Assembly (NCBI GenBank): GCA_976551045.1
Contig: CDPCPM010000026.1
Location: forward strand, 21,824,001 to 21,888,000
Direction of reading: 5' to 3'
Source: Glaucostegus cemiculus
Lineage: Eukaryota
DNA length: 64,000 nt
In this document: positions 51,831 through 63,955 of the stretch, one piece after another
Layout of the letters: the number at the start of each line of letters is the position of its first letter
Position numbering within the stretch: position 1 is the stretch's first letter
The notes under the pieces: generated by a model
What the model was told of the DNA's origin: nothing
Databases searched by the model: none
The model's input: only the letters and a program-made list of their open reading frames with translations
Made by a program: the position numbers and the translations under genes

Positions 51831-54800
51831 GGTGGTAGGTTATGTTGCCTGGGTAGTATTGATGGAAATGGAGATTACAGAAGCCTAACAGAGCCAATTA
51901 TGATCATGAAAAGTAGAACAACAGACATAAGCATGTTTAATTCACCAGTTCTGTTATCACCCACCTTAATAACCTCCAGAGAAACAGTCAAGGGCCCTTC
52001 AATGATAGTATGGATACACTGCAGAAAGTTGGCAGCTGCATAAAGGGAGACTCATGTAACTTAAATTAGATCATTCTTAAATGGCAAGCATAAGTATTAT
52101 GATATATTTATTTTATCATTAGCCATTAATCTTCTTCAGAATATTCCTTATGTGCATATATTTGCAACTTAAAGTCAATATCAGTGAGAATGTGAACATT
52201 ATTCACAAACTTTTCACCACAGCAGATAGTAATTACAAATCTAAGAACCAAAACAATGCATATTTGTTCCAGTCAACCCCTGCTGCATCTGTAGTAGTCA
52301 GTAATCTCCATGGGGATAAGCTTTCACTTTGATGTCTATGTTGTACTTTTTTTTGCTGGATTCCAATATCCAGTAAAGGCCATCAGACAGACTACAGGCA
52401 GTGAAGGCCTCACTGGTAACAACTGGGCTGTAGGATAGCCTGAGGCAGTGCTTTAAGACCACAAACTTCTTCATTGATTTTTGTTCTGATCTTTCCATCT
52501 CTTTCAATGTAGGCAGTGCTATTTCTATTAACATTGCTGGTTACATAGTCTTTCCTCATCTGGATGGAATAATCCTTGAACACCATATTTCCAATGACAA
52601 GAACACAGGTTTCTTTTTTAAAAAAGTACCCAATAGACCGTGGCAAATATAGAGCTTGTTGTTTCAGATTTTGCACTTGAAACTGTTCTATATATTTTTG
52701 CTTTTACTTTTACCAGTTTTCAACAGAAGTCCGTAACCCCAGTGGCTGCTGGCAGGTCCAGTGAATTCCACAATTCAGGCCAGACAATTTCAGAAGTTTC
52801 CATGTATTACCATAATGGTAAATCAAATAGCAGAAGTGCTGTGTTATATTGTGACTTCTAACCAAAGAAAATTTAAAAACACTTAACTTTGTTCCTACTT
52901 TTATCCTTCTCCTCCATTCCTTTTATTTTCTATGACTCTTCCTTCTAAATTTAATCTGACTTGTTACTACCAATCTTGCCTTTTCAATAAGTTCTCTGGC
53001 AAAAGTGAAATCATCTCTAAAATATTTAAGAATGTTCCCTTTTTTATTTTTCTCCTTTCTTTCCTATTATCGGGATTGGAAGTAATGACAAATTTACCAG
53101 AAATACTGAAGTAATAAAATTATTATTCACCAATGTTCCTGGAGACACTCATTAGTTACTCTGCTATGCAAATATATTGCCATCAGGTTACTTAAAGATA
53201 AAATGGGTTAGGTTGCATTTGGTTGCAAAATGCTTACTTTTCCTTCACGTGATCCCAACTGGTTTCTACCAGCCATCTTATAAAAGGTTTCAGGCAAAGT
53301 GAAGCCAGTGTACATCTTCATGCAAGTGGTTAGTACTTTGCATTTTACAGAGGAAATTATATTCTCTGCTCTAGTCCAATGCAAAGTGCTTTAATGAAGC
53401 TAAATGCTGGGCAATCACATTCTTCATGCAGTGAAGATATTTAACATGCCAAATTACATGCTAATGATGCATAGACTTATTTGAATTTTCATTAGATTAA
53501 AATGCTGCAAAAACTCCTAATGAAAATGACAGTAGGAATAGAGCAAAATCCTGGCAAATAGCATGAAGCCTGGTATCGAATGGAAAAAAAGTTGCTATTT
53601 CAGCAGATTAAGGTTAACTTAATAGTAAAAGTTATTTCACAAATGCTCTTCTCACGTGCGAACAGCTAGGATTAGAAAATATGTTCTAATGTCATCTTTG
53701 TGGTAATGACGAAGGGCTCACTTCAAGTGAAGGGCCTTGAGGGAGATGAGGGATTAATCAGCCTGCTGTAATTTGACCCTGATGCTTCTCATAACAGTAT
53801 GACATCTATTTCTCTTACTATAGTACCCTCTGGGACCCTGAGATGCAGCAATGGTCACTACGAAAGAGGTGGATATCATATTACTCATGTTTTACATTAA
53901 TGCCAGTCGCTAATTGTTCCCAAACAGATGTGATCTAATCTATGAATGTACAAAAGGAAAATGTGCAAAAAAAACTGTTCTATACAGGGCACAATGTAAT
54001 CAGTTATGCTTTCTCTAATGCAATTAGTGACACAACTAAGATTGGAGTTATATTAAAATGTGGAAAAGGGAAATTTAATCAAAACCAATGAAGACAACAA
54101 TAGACACCAAACAAATACTGGTAACCTCATCATCAGAGGTAATTAGATACTATTGATGCTTTCATTGTCTATTACCTCAGGCAATCCTGAATTAAAAATA
54201 ACCAGAGCACAAATACCAATGTGAAAAGATTTTACAGGAACAAAGCTGCCACAAATCACATGTGTTTTCTTCCACTAAATCAACTGTTCCATTTATAGGG
54301 TACAACTAAAATTGGAATAATTTCCATCCCTTGACAAGTGTGAAAAAGTAATTTGGTAACTCTTTCTTTAGATAACAGGTATCTCAACAGCAAATGTAAA
54401 ATTTTCAGATCCATATGCATTGTCATTTTTTTCACTCATCAAGGTGAACAATTGCAAAAGGAATGGCTGTGACACTTTGAGAACTGAATATTTCCTGGCA
54501 AAATGTAGTATAAGCCTGAAGCATAGTATGTCACATATTTCTCTGCCACTGTACATACAGGCTTTTCCTACTGCATCAGTGGTATATACATTTGTCATTC
54601 CTGTTGTCTTCAATAATTTTCCAAGTAACGGTAGCACCATATTATGGTCAGTCTTATACTAGGAACTCACAGTCACATGGAACTATTCCTGCCACCACTA
54701 ATTATTTGGGAAACACATCCAGAAGTTGACACCTAATTAGAACTTTATTTGTAACGCAGTTATATGTGAACTGCATGTGTGAATTTGACTATATATTGTG

Positions 54801-56269
54801 TATATCATGTATACATTCGTCTATCTTGGCAATCCATCACAAAGTTTACTTGGTAAAACCACCAAGGTTTTTATAGATTAACATTGATAAGCTCAGGAGA
54901 CTTGTAAACTTGTTTTGTGGCATTATAAAAGGCTGCTTAAAACACACCTCAGCTGCTGCAGATTTGGTCTCTGGTAAAGCCCGACATTCCAACATTCCTG
55001 CCAGTCACGTAAGTAATACATTTCATCCGTTTCCAGCAAGCGAGGGCTGTTGAAAACATAGAATACAGTTCCCTGCTGGGAGTCCAGCTCACCCAAAGCC
55101 ACCTTTAGGCACGCACAGCTCCCTCAGAGATTGGCATTCATGCCGACAGATCAACTAGATCAGCTGTGAGGCAAGGGATGAAAGGCTGAGAAGGGAGGGA
55201 TCTAGAAACAGGGTTAAAAAAACAAGGAAACTCTCTTGTTTAAACAGTTTAACATTAGAAGGCCAGCAGAATGTAGCCTGGAGTATAAAGGAAAGAGCAC
55301 TGAGAACCTTCAATTCTCTGTATTATTAAACTTTCACCTTCTGATAGAGGTCAAGAGAATGCTTTCTTGGCTGTTTCCTCCTTGGAATGTGTTTTTGTGT
55401 CATACCAAATGGCAGTGAGCATTTTCAATACACAGGAAACAATAAGCGTCAGTCACCAAGCATTCATCTAGCTGCAGTTTTTCACATATACACTGAACAA
55501 ATTACAAAAGCATTCTGGGAATCCAAGTAAATATAAAACTTGTTTTCATTAAATTATATGAATATATTTTCCTTCAGTTTCAAATGCTGTTGTCGAGATC
55601 TCGAAGTGTGAAGGAACTTTGTGCAATGCCTTCATCAGCTTTTTGGTTTATCTTATCACTTGACCAAAATATACACTTAATAATTTCAACAAATTTCTGA
55701 TTTAGCTTCCGAATGGTGGAAATAGATTTTTGATGTTTGTTACAATTTGTAAATATGTGATATCTCATGGAAGTCAATTTGCATTTTTCTTTTCTTTATT
55801 TTTCCCTCAGCTCACTTCTGCCCATTCAATCCTCGCAGTTTACTCGGAATTCATAATGAATGTGATGAATAGTCCTCCCATAATGTTCACAAGCTCTAAT
55901 AGCAGAATAGAAACAGTAGAATAGTAAAAATTCACTGGATCAACAATTAATTCTTCATTCAGGTTTCTTTCTGGAATTCTTTTTTTCCTTCTGATCTTCA
56001 ATGACAGTGGATAACAATGCAAACTTGGAATAATTAGTATGATTCAATCTCTTAATTTTTTGCCACTATGCAACATTCCACCTTAATATCTGTCTATATT
56101 TTAATTCTGATCATAAATGTAAGAAGGTCCAATAGAAGACTAACGGATCCCAAAAGAGTTGAACAGCACTAAAATTTACTTATGTCCATGTGCAATCATA
56201 ATACTATTGAGAGAAATTGTCACAGCAGCCAATTTGCAAACCATTTTGAAATATGTTGGCTGTGGTTTC

Positions 56270-56540
56270 CTTGGTTGCACTCTTGAGTCTGAATGGGAAG
56301 GTTGTGGTTTCAAGTCCCACTCCAGAGAATTATGCATAAAAATTTAGTCTCAACTGCAGTGTGTGTGTACTGAGGGAATGTTTAACTCTTGAATGTCATT
56401 TTTTAGATAATAAACTAAAGTCCCATTTGCTTTTTAAGGTGTGCATAAAAAATCCCATGATGCTATTTTAAGAATGATTTTAGGGATATATTTATCTGAT
56501 GCCCTGACAGTATTTATCCTTCATTCAGTATTATTAAAAT
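56270..56540 (+). mobile_element. Degenerate Deu-domain SINE
   Basis: 'ggtttcaagtcccactccagaga', 'gtactgaggga', 'atcccatgatgctatttt' and 'tatttatccttca' blocks; probable tail at about 57020-57175. Confidence 0.7.
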
Positions 56541-56719
56541 AGGAATTCCAGGATTTTATGGGGAAACATCACCAGTTCCCAGTGTTACTGTGATATTTTC
56601 CTGTGTAACTGTAAGTCTGGTATTTCCCTATGTGTTTCAAATGAGAGGAAAGTGGACAGAGAAGTTCTGCAGGGGTTGGTAATAGAACAACCATATTTCT
56701 TAATGCATAAGGACAGCAC

Positions 56720-56950
56720 AATTTTCAAATCTGCAGATGACACAAAATTTGGAAATATAATGAACTGAGGACAGTATTAGATGTCAAAGAGCTATAGATA
56801 GGCTGGTGGGCTTGTAGGATACATGGGAGAATAGATGCTGAGAAATGTGAAGTGTTACCTTTTGGTAGGAAGAATAAGAAGAGACAACAAATATTGGAGG
56901 GCACATTTCCAAAATGGTTACAAGAACAGGTAGATCTGGAGGTATGTGTG
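56720..56950 (+). mobile_element. CR1 RT fragment
   Basis: 'aaatctgcagatgacacaaaa' (K.ADDTK) and 'gagaaatgtgaagtgttaccttttggtaggaagaat' (EKCEV..FGRKN). Confidence 0.75.
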
Positions 56951-57519
56951 TACATTTTCACTGGGAGGAATGTCATGAACTATGTCCGAACCTTTTTTTG
57001 GAGTCATTGTCAAATTGTAATCCAATATCTGGTCTTATCGCATTGGTCTTCGTTAGAGATTGTGCAAATTGCTGTTGTGTTTTCTACACTGCAATAGTAG
57101 CCATGCCAAAAGAATAGTTAATTGGCTGTAAGGAGCTTTGGGAGATTCTGAGAAGGTGGTATATAATTTTTTCTTTAAATTCTGCGATGATGCCAGACTG
57201 GAATTATATCACTGTGTCTCTAAATATATTTAAGCCTTCGTCGTGGTTAAAAACTTGAAAAACTCTGGCAAAATGTTTATACAGAAGGCTAGACAATTCA
57301 ATAACAAGGTTGAATAATCATTACTTGGTGAATAACTTTACTGATGTCTAAACATTTTTAGTTTGCAAATTGCTGAAGGCAATTTTAGGGGCCTCCTTTA
57401 CTTCCACTGTCTTTGTCTGATTGTCTTAAATGCCTTTCCCATTAGTTTTCTAATGATTTATTCAGGGTATGGAGGTACAAGGCTGCCAAAGTGGCTGATT
57501 CCTGCTGATTTCAAATGCC

Positions 57520-57935
57520 AGCTGGGTAGCCCTCTTACCTCTGACTCAAAGGTTGTGAGTTCTACTGTCAATCCAGAGATCTGAGCATAAAATCTATCCT
57601 GGCTTTCAGATGCAATACTGAGGGATGACTGTAGTACTGAAGATTTCATCTTTCAGGTGAGATGATAAACTCAAGTCCTATCTAAGGCAGATGTAAAAGA
57701 TCTTATAACTTTATTTTGAAGAGCAACAGGGGAATTTTCTCTGCTTTGTTGATTATGTCTCCATCAACCTTACTAAAGATTAGTCATTATCATAATGCCC
57801 TACAGAGAGCTTTCTCTCTGCAAATATGCTGCCATGCTTCCTTTATGTGAAGAGACACATTTTAAAAATACTTCAGTAACAGTAGAGTGCTTTGGGCTAA
57901 GTGTGTGCCAGTTTCTGTGTAAAAGCAAGTGTTTA
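57520..57935 (+). mobile_element. Degenerate Deu-domain SINE, near full length
   Basis: Head 'gggtagccctcttacctctgactcaaaggttgtgagttc', core 'tctttcaggtgagatgataaac...gatgtaaaagatc...gaagagcaacagggga' and L2-like tail. Confidence 0.75.
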
Positions 57936-58049
57936 CCATGGTTGAAAACAGGAAAGTAGCCAATGAAGGAATAGATTAGAGATCACATCCAAACCAATTC
58001 AACCATTCCACCTGTAAATGGGCAAGCAACTCAAACAGAGGAAGAACAC

Positions 58050-58220
58050 CAAAACATCTGCAGATGCTGGAAATTTGAAATAAAAACAGAAAATGTTGGA
58101 AACACTCAGGCAGCATCTATGGAAAGAGAAACAGACAACATTTCAGGTCTGCTACATTTCATCAGAAAAGTCTTCATGACTTGCTGAGTGTTTTTAGCAT
58201 TTTCTGTTTTTATTTCAAAC
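58050..58220. repeat. Penelope-type inverted pair (36-bp fold-back)
   Basis: Arms 58074-58109 and 58184-58219 are reverse complements with three substitutions. Confidence 0.9.
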
Positions 58221-58714
58221 AGGGGAAGCAACAGGCAAGATAGATTGTGGGCATCTGTCTCAGATGGCACAGTCCAGCTTTGGACCTGGTGCAATGTGGC
58301 ATTTAGATTTTTTAAGCACTTGGTTTGATTTATAGACATTAGATGAAATCAACATACTTATTCTTAAAAGTAAAACCTCCTCTCTTCAGTTGCATTTATT
58401 CACCATTTCTATTGGATGGATTTTTGATCTTATCCCCATCTTCTACATTGATTGCCGAAGAACTCTTGTGTGACCCATCATCAATTAATTTATTTTGTTA
58501 CATGTGGCAGAGCTGACAAAATCTTATCAGTTCAACCTCTTAATGAAATTGCTGAGATATGGGATCCAGTACATGGAAAATGATGAGAGTTCTACTATTC
58601 TATGACATAAGTATCAGAAATCAATGCCCTACTGACACTGTCCCACCACCCAAATTAGCAAGGGTCCTTTACAGACTAATAATCACATTTTTAAAATGTG
58701 CTAACCACCACAGG

Positions 58715-58872
58715 AAATTAGAAGCAACAAACAATCTGCCAAAGGAATTCAGTCAGGTCTTGACCTGAAGCATTGACAATCCTTTTTCCCCCATAGATTC
58801 TGCTCAGCCCACTGACTTCCCCAGCAGATCTTTGTTGCTCCAGATTCCAGTCTCTGCAATCTCTTGTGCCTA
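58715..58872. repeat. Penelope-type terminal repeat (short reverse piece plus forward copy)
   Basis: 'agcaacaaacaatctgc' versus 'gcagatctttgttgct'; tail 'ccagattccagtctctgcaatctcttgtg'. Confidence 0.7.
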
Positions 58873-60379
58873 CAGGGAAATAGAAAATGCTTGGATCTCC
58901 AATCTTTCCTCAGAAAACCTATCTTTGCCTGAGATGTTCTAAATGAAAATTAATGTCAGTGTTTCTTCTTTGAAGCATGTGCAAAATTATTTTTGAAGAG
59001 CAGGCTGTCTGTTAATCTGAGTGATGTTCTGATGGGATATATTAGAAGCAACCAAATAGGGAGTTTCTTTTCTAACAACTCCTTGAGTGAAGTTTCATCA
59101 TGAATCCTATTATCAGTATTTGTTCAGTGACATTTTGGTCACCACTCAGCATTGTACAGATTAAAAGGGCATACTTGAAATTTTCAATGGGGAATATTTA
59201 AGAGGAAATGAGCTTGCTTAGCAAGAAAGTCATTAGAGTTGATGTCACTAGTTCAGACCATTGGCCAGGTCCATATTACAACTTAGGAGGATAATTGAAT
59301 GCAAAACGACTGTAAATTCTGAAGATTTAACTCTTATATTGATGATTAAATGCACAAATTGTTGCTCATTAAACTGGAGACATGGTGGCTGCCTCTTTAT
59401 TGCCCCATGCTGGTTATCCCCATGCTCAAAATTACAGTTTTCTTAAAAGAGAAATAGAAATGGTGTTCTCAAAGTGGTTATAATAATACAGGACCAAGCC
59501 ATTTCACAGAGATTTACCAGACAATGATATCATTTGGAAGCTATTGTTTGGAAGAAATTCTAAAAAGGAATGGCTTTCCTGATACTAAAGTTTGTAAGTT
59601 TTGGTCATATATTGGCTTTGAGGATCCTTAAATTCAAGAGCAAAAATCTTAACAGTGAGTGATTTCAAGATTCCTGAGGTAGGGTAGCTTAGATTGTACT
59701 GTATTGATTTAATTGTAACATTTAGAGTGCTATTTTCCTATTTTTAACATTGCAAATATCCCAGTATTTTCCTTTGAATAAATGCCATTGCACTGGATAG
59801 CAAAGAAATCTGCAATTGGAGGTAACAAAATGTGAGAATGTGAAATCATCCGACAGTAAATGCGGAACAAAAAGAGATTTGAAAGCAAGTATTGACAGTT
59901 AAAACAGTGCCAATAAGTTTAATCAAAAAGCTGTACATTGCAAGGCTAAAAGATTGAATGAAAAAATGAAAATATACAAGAAAAGTATATTTCCGGCTGA
60001 TGCTGGAAAAAACTTGGAGATAGAGAGACCAGCAGATTTATTTTTTTTTGCATTTCTCTCTCTTAATGGGCAGACCTATTATCCATAAACACCAACAATT
60101 TGTACAGTATATAAGAAATGATTAGAGCAGTAGATTTGGGTGGAGGTTTGCAGCATCCTATTAATTCAAGGTAATTTCTACCATCAAAGATCAAATGTAC
60201 CATTCCAACTGGAGTGAGTGATGATCTTAATGTTCCTAGCAGCTGAAGATGAAACATGTTGGCCACATTTTTGGAACACGTTATAAATCAGGTCCACAAT
60301 GGTATTCTTTATTATTTATATCAAGCAGGACAGATTCCAAGGTCAGGGCTTCACTCTCCTTGAACTGAACACAATATTT

Positions 60380-60540
60380 TTCAGAATATTTAAGTGGGAT
60401 ATAGACAAGCACTTGAATCACCAAGGCAAAGAAGGCTATGGACCATGTACTGGATCAGTAGAGATGGGTACCTGATGGTCAACAATGGGCATGGAAAGCC
60501 AAAGGGCCTGTTTTCTGTGGTGCATTACATTATGACTCTG
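60380..60540 (+). mobile_element. CR1 3' end fragment
   Basis: 'tagacaagcacttgaat...gaaggctatggacc...aaagggcctgttttctgtggtgcattacattatgactct'. Confidence 0.7.
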
Positions 60541-60674
60541 TGAATGTAGAGTCCTAGGCATTATAGCATCACAATGTAGAATTGTGATGTAGGGTCCTAA
60601 GCATTACTCATCATAAAACAAAAAGAAGTAGGCAATTCATGTGAATTGGTATGTTCCCTCCCTGACAGATATTT

Positions 60675-61195
60675 AGAACCATAGAACACTACAGTACAGA
60701 AAACAGGCTGTTCGGCTCTTCTAGACTATGCCAAAACTTTATTCTGCTAGTCCCCCTTACCTGCATCCAGTCCATAACCCTCCAGACCTCTCCTGTCCAT
60801 GTATCTATCCAATTTATTCTTAAAACTTAAGAGTGAGCCCGCATTTACCATGTCAGATGGCGGCTCGTTCCGCACTCCCACCACTCTCTGAGTGAAGAAG
60901 TTCCCCCTAAACCTTTCCCCTTTCACCCTAAAACCATGTCCTCTCATATTTATCTCTCCTAATCTAAGTGGAAAGAGCCTACTCACATTTGCTCTGTCTA
61001 TACCCCTCATAATTTTGTAAACCTCTATCAAATCTCCCCTCATTCTTCTACACTCCAAGGAATAAAGTCCTAACCTGTTCAAACTTTCCCTGTAACTCAA
61101 CTCCTGAAGACCTGGCAACATACTAGTAAATCTTCCTTGCACTCTTTCAATCTTACTGATATCCTTCCTATAGTTAGGCGACTGGAACTTCACAT
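60675..61195 (-). mobile_element. Young 5'-truncated CR1 LINE
   Basis: 153-aa open ORF 'RKDISKIERVQGRFTSMLPGL...RGDLIEVYKIMRGID...FFTQRVV'; (ttctatgg)-type tail; atattt on both flanks (60669-60674 and 61194-61199). Confidence 0.95.
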
Positions 61196-62671
61196 ATTTG
61201 TGAAGCACTCAATCTTTTAAAAGAAAAGTTAACGAATTTTGCCAGTGTCAAATTCCCACGTAGAGCATGTTGTTCAGCCATACTGCTTGCATTGGAGGAT
61301 AGACCCTGAGTTGTAAGGAAAGTCTGGAAGCACTGGGTCTTCAAACTCAAAATTAAATGCATAGAGGGTGAACTTCCAGAAATAAGTGGGATTGATAAGG
61401 GTATTCTGAAAGATAACCTGGACTGTTACTTCAAGTTAAACTCTGAAAGTAGAACCAGGTGACAAATGTAACATGTGACAGAATGTTATTTTAAAACTGG
61501 TGGCAGGATGCTCTTCTAAATGCAAAATGTTCTCCATGTGCAGAGTAACCTCACAGATATTGTGCAAGATTCCTGAACTCATTTAAAAAAGAACAGATTT
61601 CTGCTACTAGTTGTGCTACAATATGTTTCTGACCACACTGGATACATGGATAAAAATGGGCCAATTGTCTTCCTTTGCTCAAAATTACCTTGTAAACCCC
61701 ATCTTTCCATTCCACTAACCTAAGCTTCATGGAATCATACCTCCTTGTGCTGAAAGTTTGATCATGTTGCATGCTTAAGATTGGCAATTAAGCATCTTAT
61801 ACTGTTAATGTTATCACTGGATTCTTTCAACTGATAGACTAATAACATTACAATTGACTGCATTTCAGATATTAACGTAGGATCAACTTACCATGAAACA
61901 GAATGAGAAGAAGCAAAATTTAAATAATAGCAGAAAAGATGTCACTGTGGCTTAACTAGTGCAAAAAAAAATCAAAAGGATGACAAAAATTCAATTGCAA
62001 AACTTGGAATGCACATCTCTGAGGAACAAAGACCACTAAAATCAGGTATTCATGGAATTCTGACTCATTGGCAAGGCAGAGCTCCACCAAATAAATCTTG
62101 ATATAAAGCATGTAATTGGCAAGAAGAAAGATACAAAAATTTACCTTCAGATGAGAAAATGATGGGTCAGATCACCCTGGAAGCAGTCCTCTGTTTGGAC
62201 TAGCCATAGGTGGTATCTGCCCTCCCACACTTCCCTATTTTAAATCCAGAGCATTGAACAAGCTGAAGTTCCCTACTCCAGGACCCAGGGAGTGTCCCAT
62301 GAGGCAGAGTCAAGCATGTCTCAGGCAGCGCAGAAGTGTGGAACAGCCTGACAATCTTTGACAGCTCACCATCGCCAAAGGATTTGTTTAAATGAGAGAA
62401 ATCTAATATTATTCAAGTAAAGTTACTGAATTTAAAAAAGTATAAAATGATCAAAATAAATTTTATTTATGACAAAATCAGATACAAATAATTGAAATAT
62501 GAAATTAAGAAAAATAATCTGAAAACTTACCCTTTTAGCATCCCGATTTAAATGAATGTTAACATTTGTATGTTAGCCCTCACAGGGTAAAGCTAAGGAT
62601 GGTTGCAAAATCTGGACTCTCTCTCCAGTCCATAGTGAGTCTATGGCAGAGCAGGAGGTCAGTAAATCCAC

Positions 62672-62880
62672 TTGTCACCTGCCAGCTCCTGCCCCACCCC
62701 TTCCTCCTCACCTCCTTATACTGCGTGTCTCCCCTCTGTCTTTCAGTCCTGATGAAGGGTCTCGACCCAAAACATAGACAGACTGTCCATTTCCCTCCAC
62801 AGATGCTGCCTGACCTGCTGAGTTCCTCCAGCATTTTCATTGTTGTTCCAGTTTCCAGCATCTGCAGTCTCTTCTGTCTC
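62672..62880 (+). repeat. Penelope-type terminal repeat with best-preserved hammerhead motif
   Basis: CAGTC-CTGATGA-AGGGTCTCGACCC-AAAAC at 62744-62773, then 'gactgtccatttccctccacagatgctgcctgacctgctgagttcctccagcat'. Confidence 0.85.
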
Positions 62881-63955
62881 TAACACTGACATCTGACTTC
62901 TTCGTCATTTCGTAGGTGTTTGGCGAGCAGGCGCAGGAGTCCAAAATGAGTTTAGATGTGAGTGGGCTGACTCACTGAACAGGACTGTCAGCTGTCAGTC
63001 TGCTTGGTTCAGCCTGAAGGTCCAAAACACCCGGAGTCCCTTCACAGGCTGGAAGCTTTCTGTCTAAGTCCACTCCTGAGTGAATCTGGCACCACCAGTT
63101 TCCTCAGTCACACTGGCTGCACTCTGATGGACTGAAATGCTTTGAGACCTGATGAAGCGTATACCCCCACCCCCACTGCCCAGCTTAATCGACTGTCAAA
63201 GCTGTATGTGAACTTAAACATTTGTGAATGTTTCATCACAAATATTCAAAAACATTGAATAACTAATGGGCTAGATCAAGCTCATTCTGACCTGCCCATT
63301 CAGACTTGCTGCCTGTGTTAGTCCCACAGTTGCTCTTATATTTTGTGACTCAATGTGAGTAAGCTCCAGGCCTTGCTGCCCATGCTGTTCCACGAGGAGA
63401 GCAGGGGAGGGACCAGTGAGTACATCTCAGGTAGTGGATCCCAAGCAATACCTTCATACTGCCCTGATGAAATTTTCACAGCTCTCTACAGTCAAAGGCC
63501 ATTGAATTGCTTTTAAATCAGCAACATCTACAAACACTTCAGAAGGTCCTAAATAATTAAAACTTACTAAAATTAAAAAAATCAAAAATTTTAAGTGAGG
63601 TTACAATGATATAAATTATTACAAACATTATGATTAAGTAGTGTAAAGAAAAGGAGCCATATCACCTGCCTGTAATTAGCTTCTCATGATAGGTTGGTGA
63701 CCCCAGTCAAATGAATGGGACCACCATTCCATACCTGGCCCCTCCACTCAGGATGTTTGTACTCCACCCTGGACTCAGCAGATATCAGAGGTGAGCTGAC
63801 ACACAAAGATCACCTCACCGATGGTCCTCCAAGGAACTGCCAGCGAAAGGTAAGCGTGGTTCAGGCCATTAAAATTAAACATAATATTAAGTTCCGCCAG
63901 GAATCTGCCAGCTTTATTTGCTGACAATTCAGACCACTGTCATGTTGATTTTAAA

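Noticed and set aside
53382-53403. caaagtgct resembling the miR-17/93 5' end
   Set aside because: The rest does not match the family, and it sits at the hairpin base rather than at a mature-arm position.
55580-56022. Two minus-strand ORFs of 60-65 aa
   Set aside because: AT-rich, no recognisable domain and no clear minus-strand splice signals.
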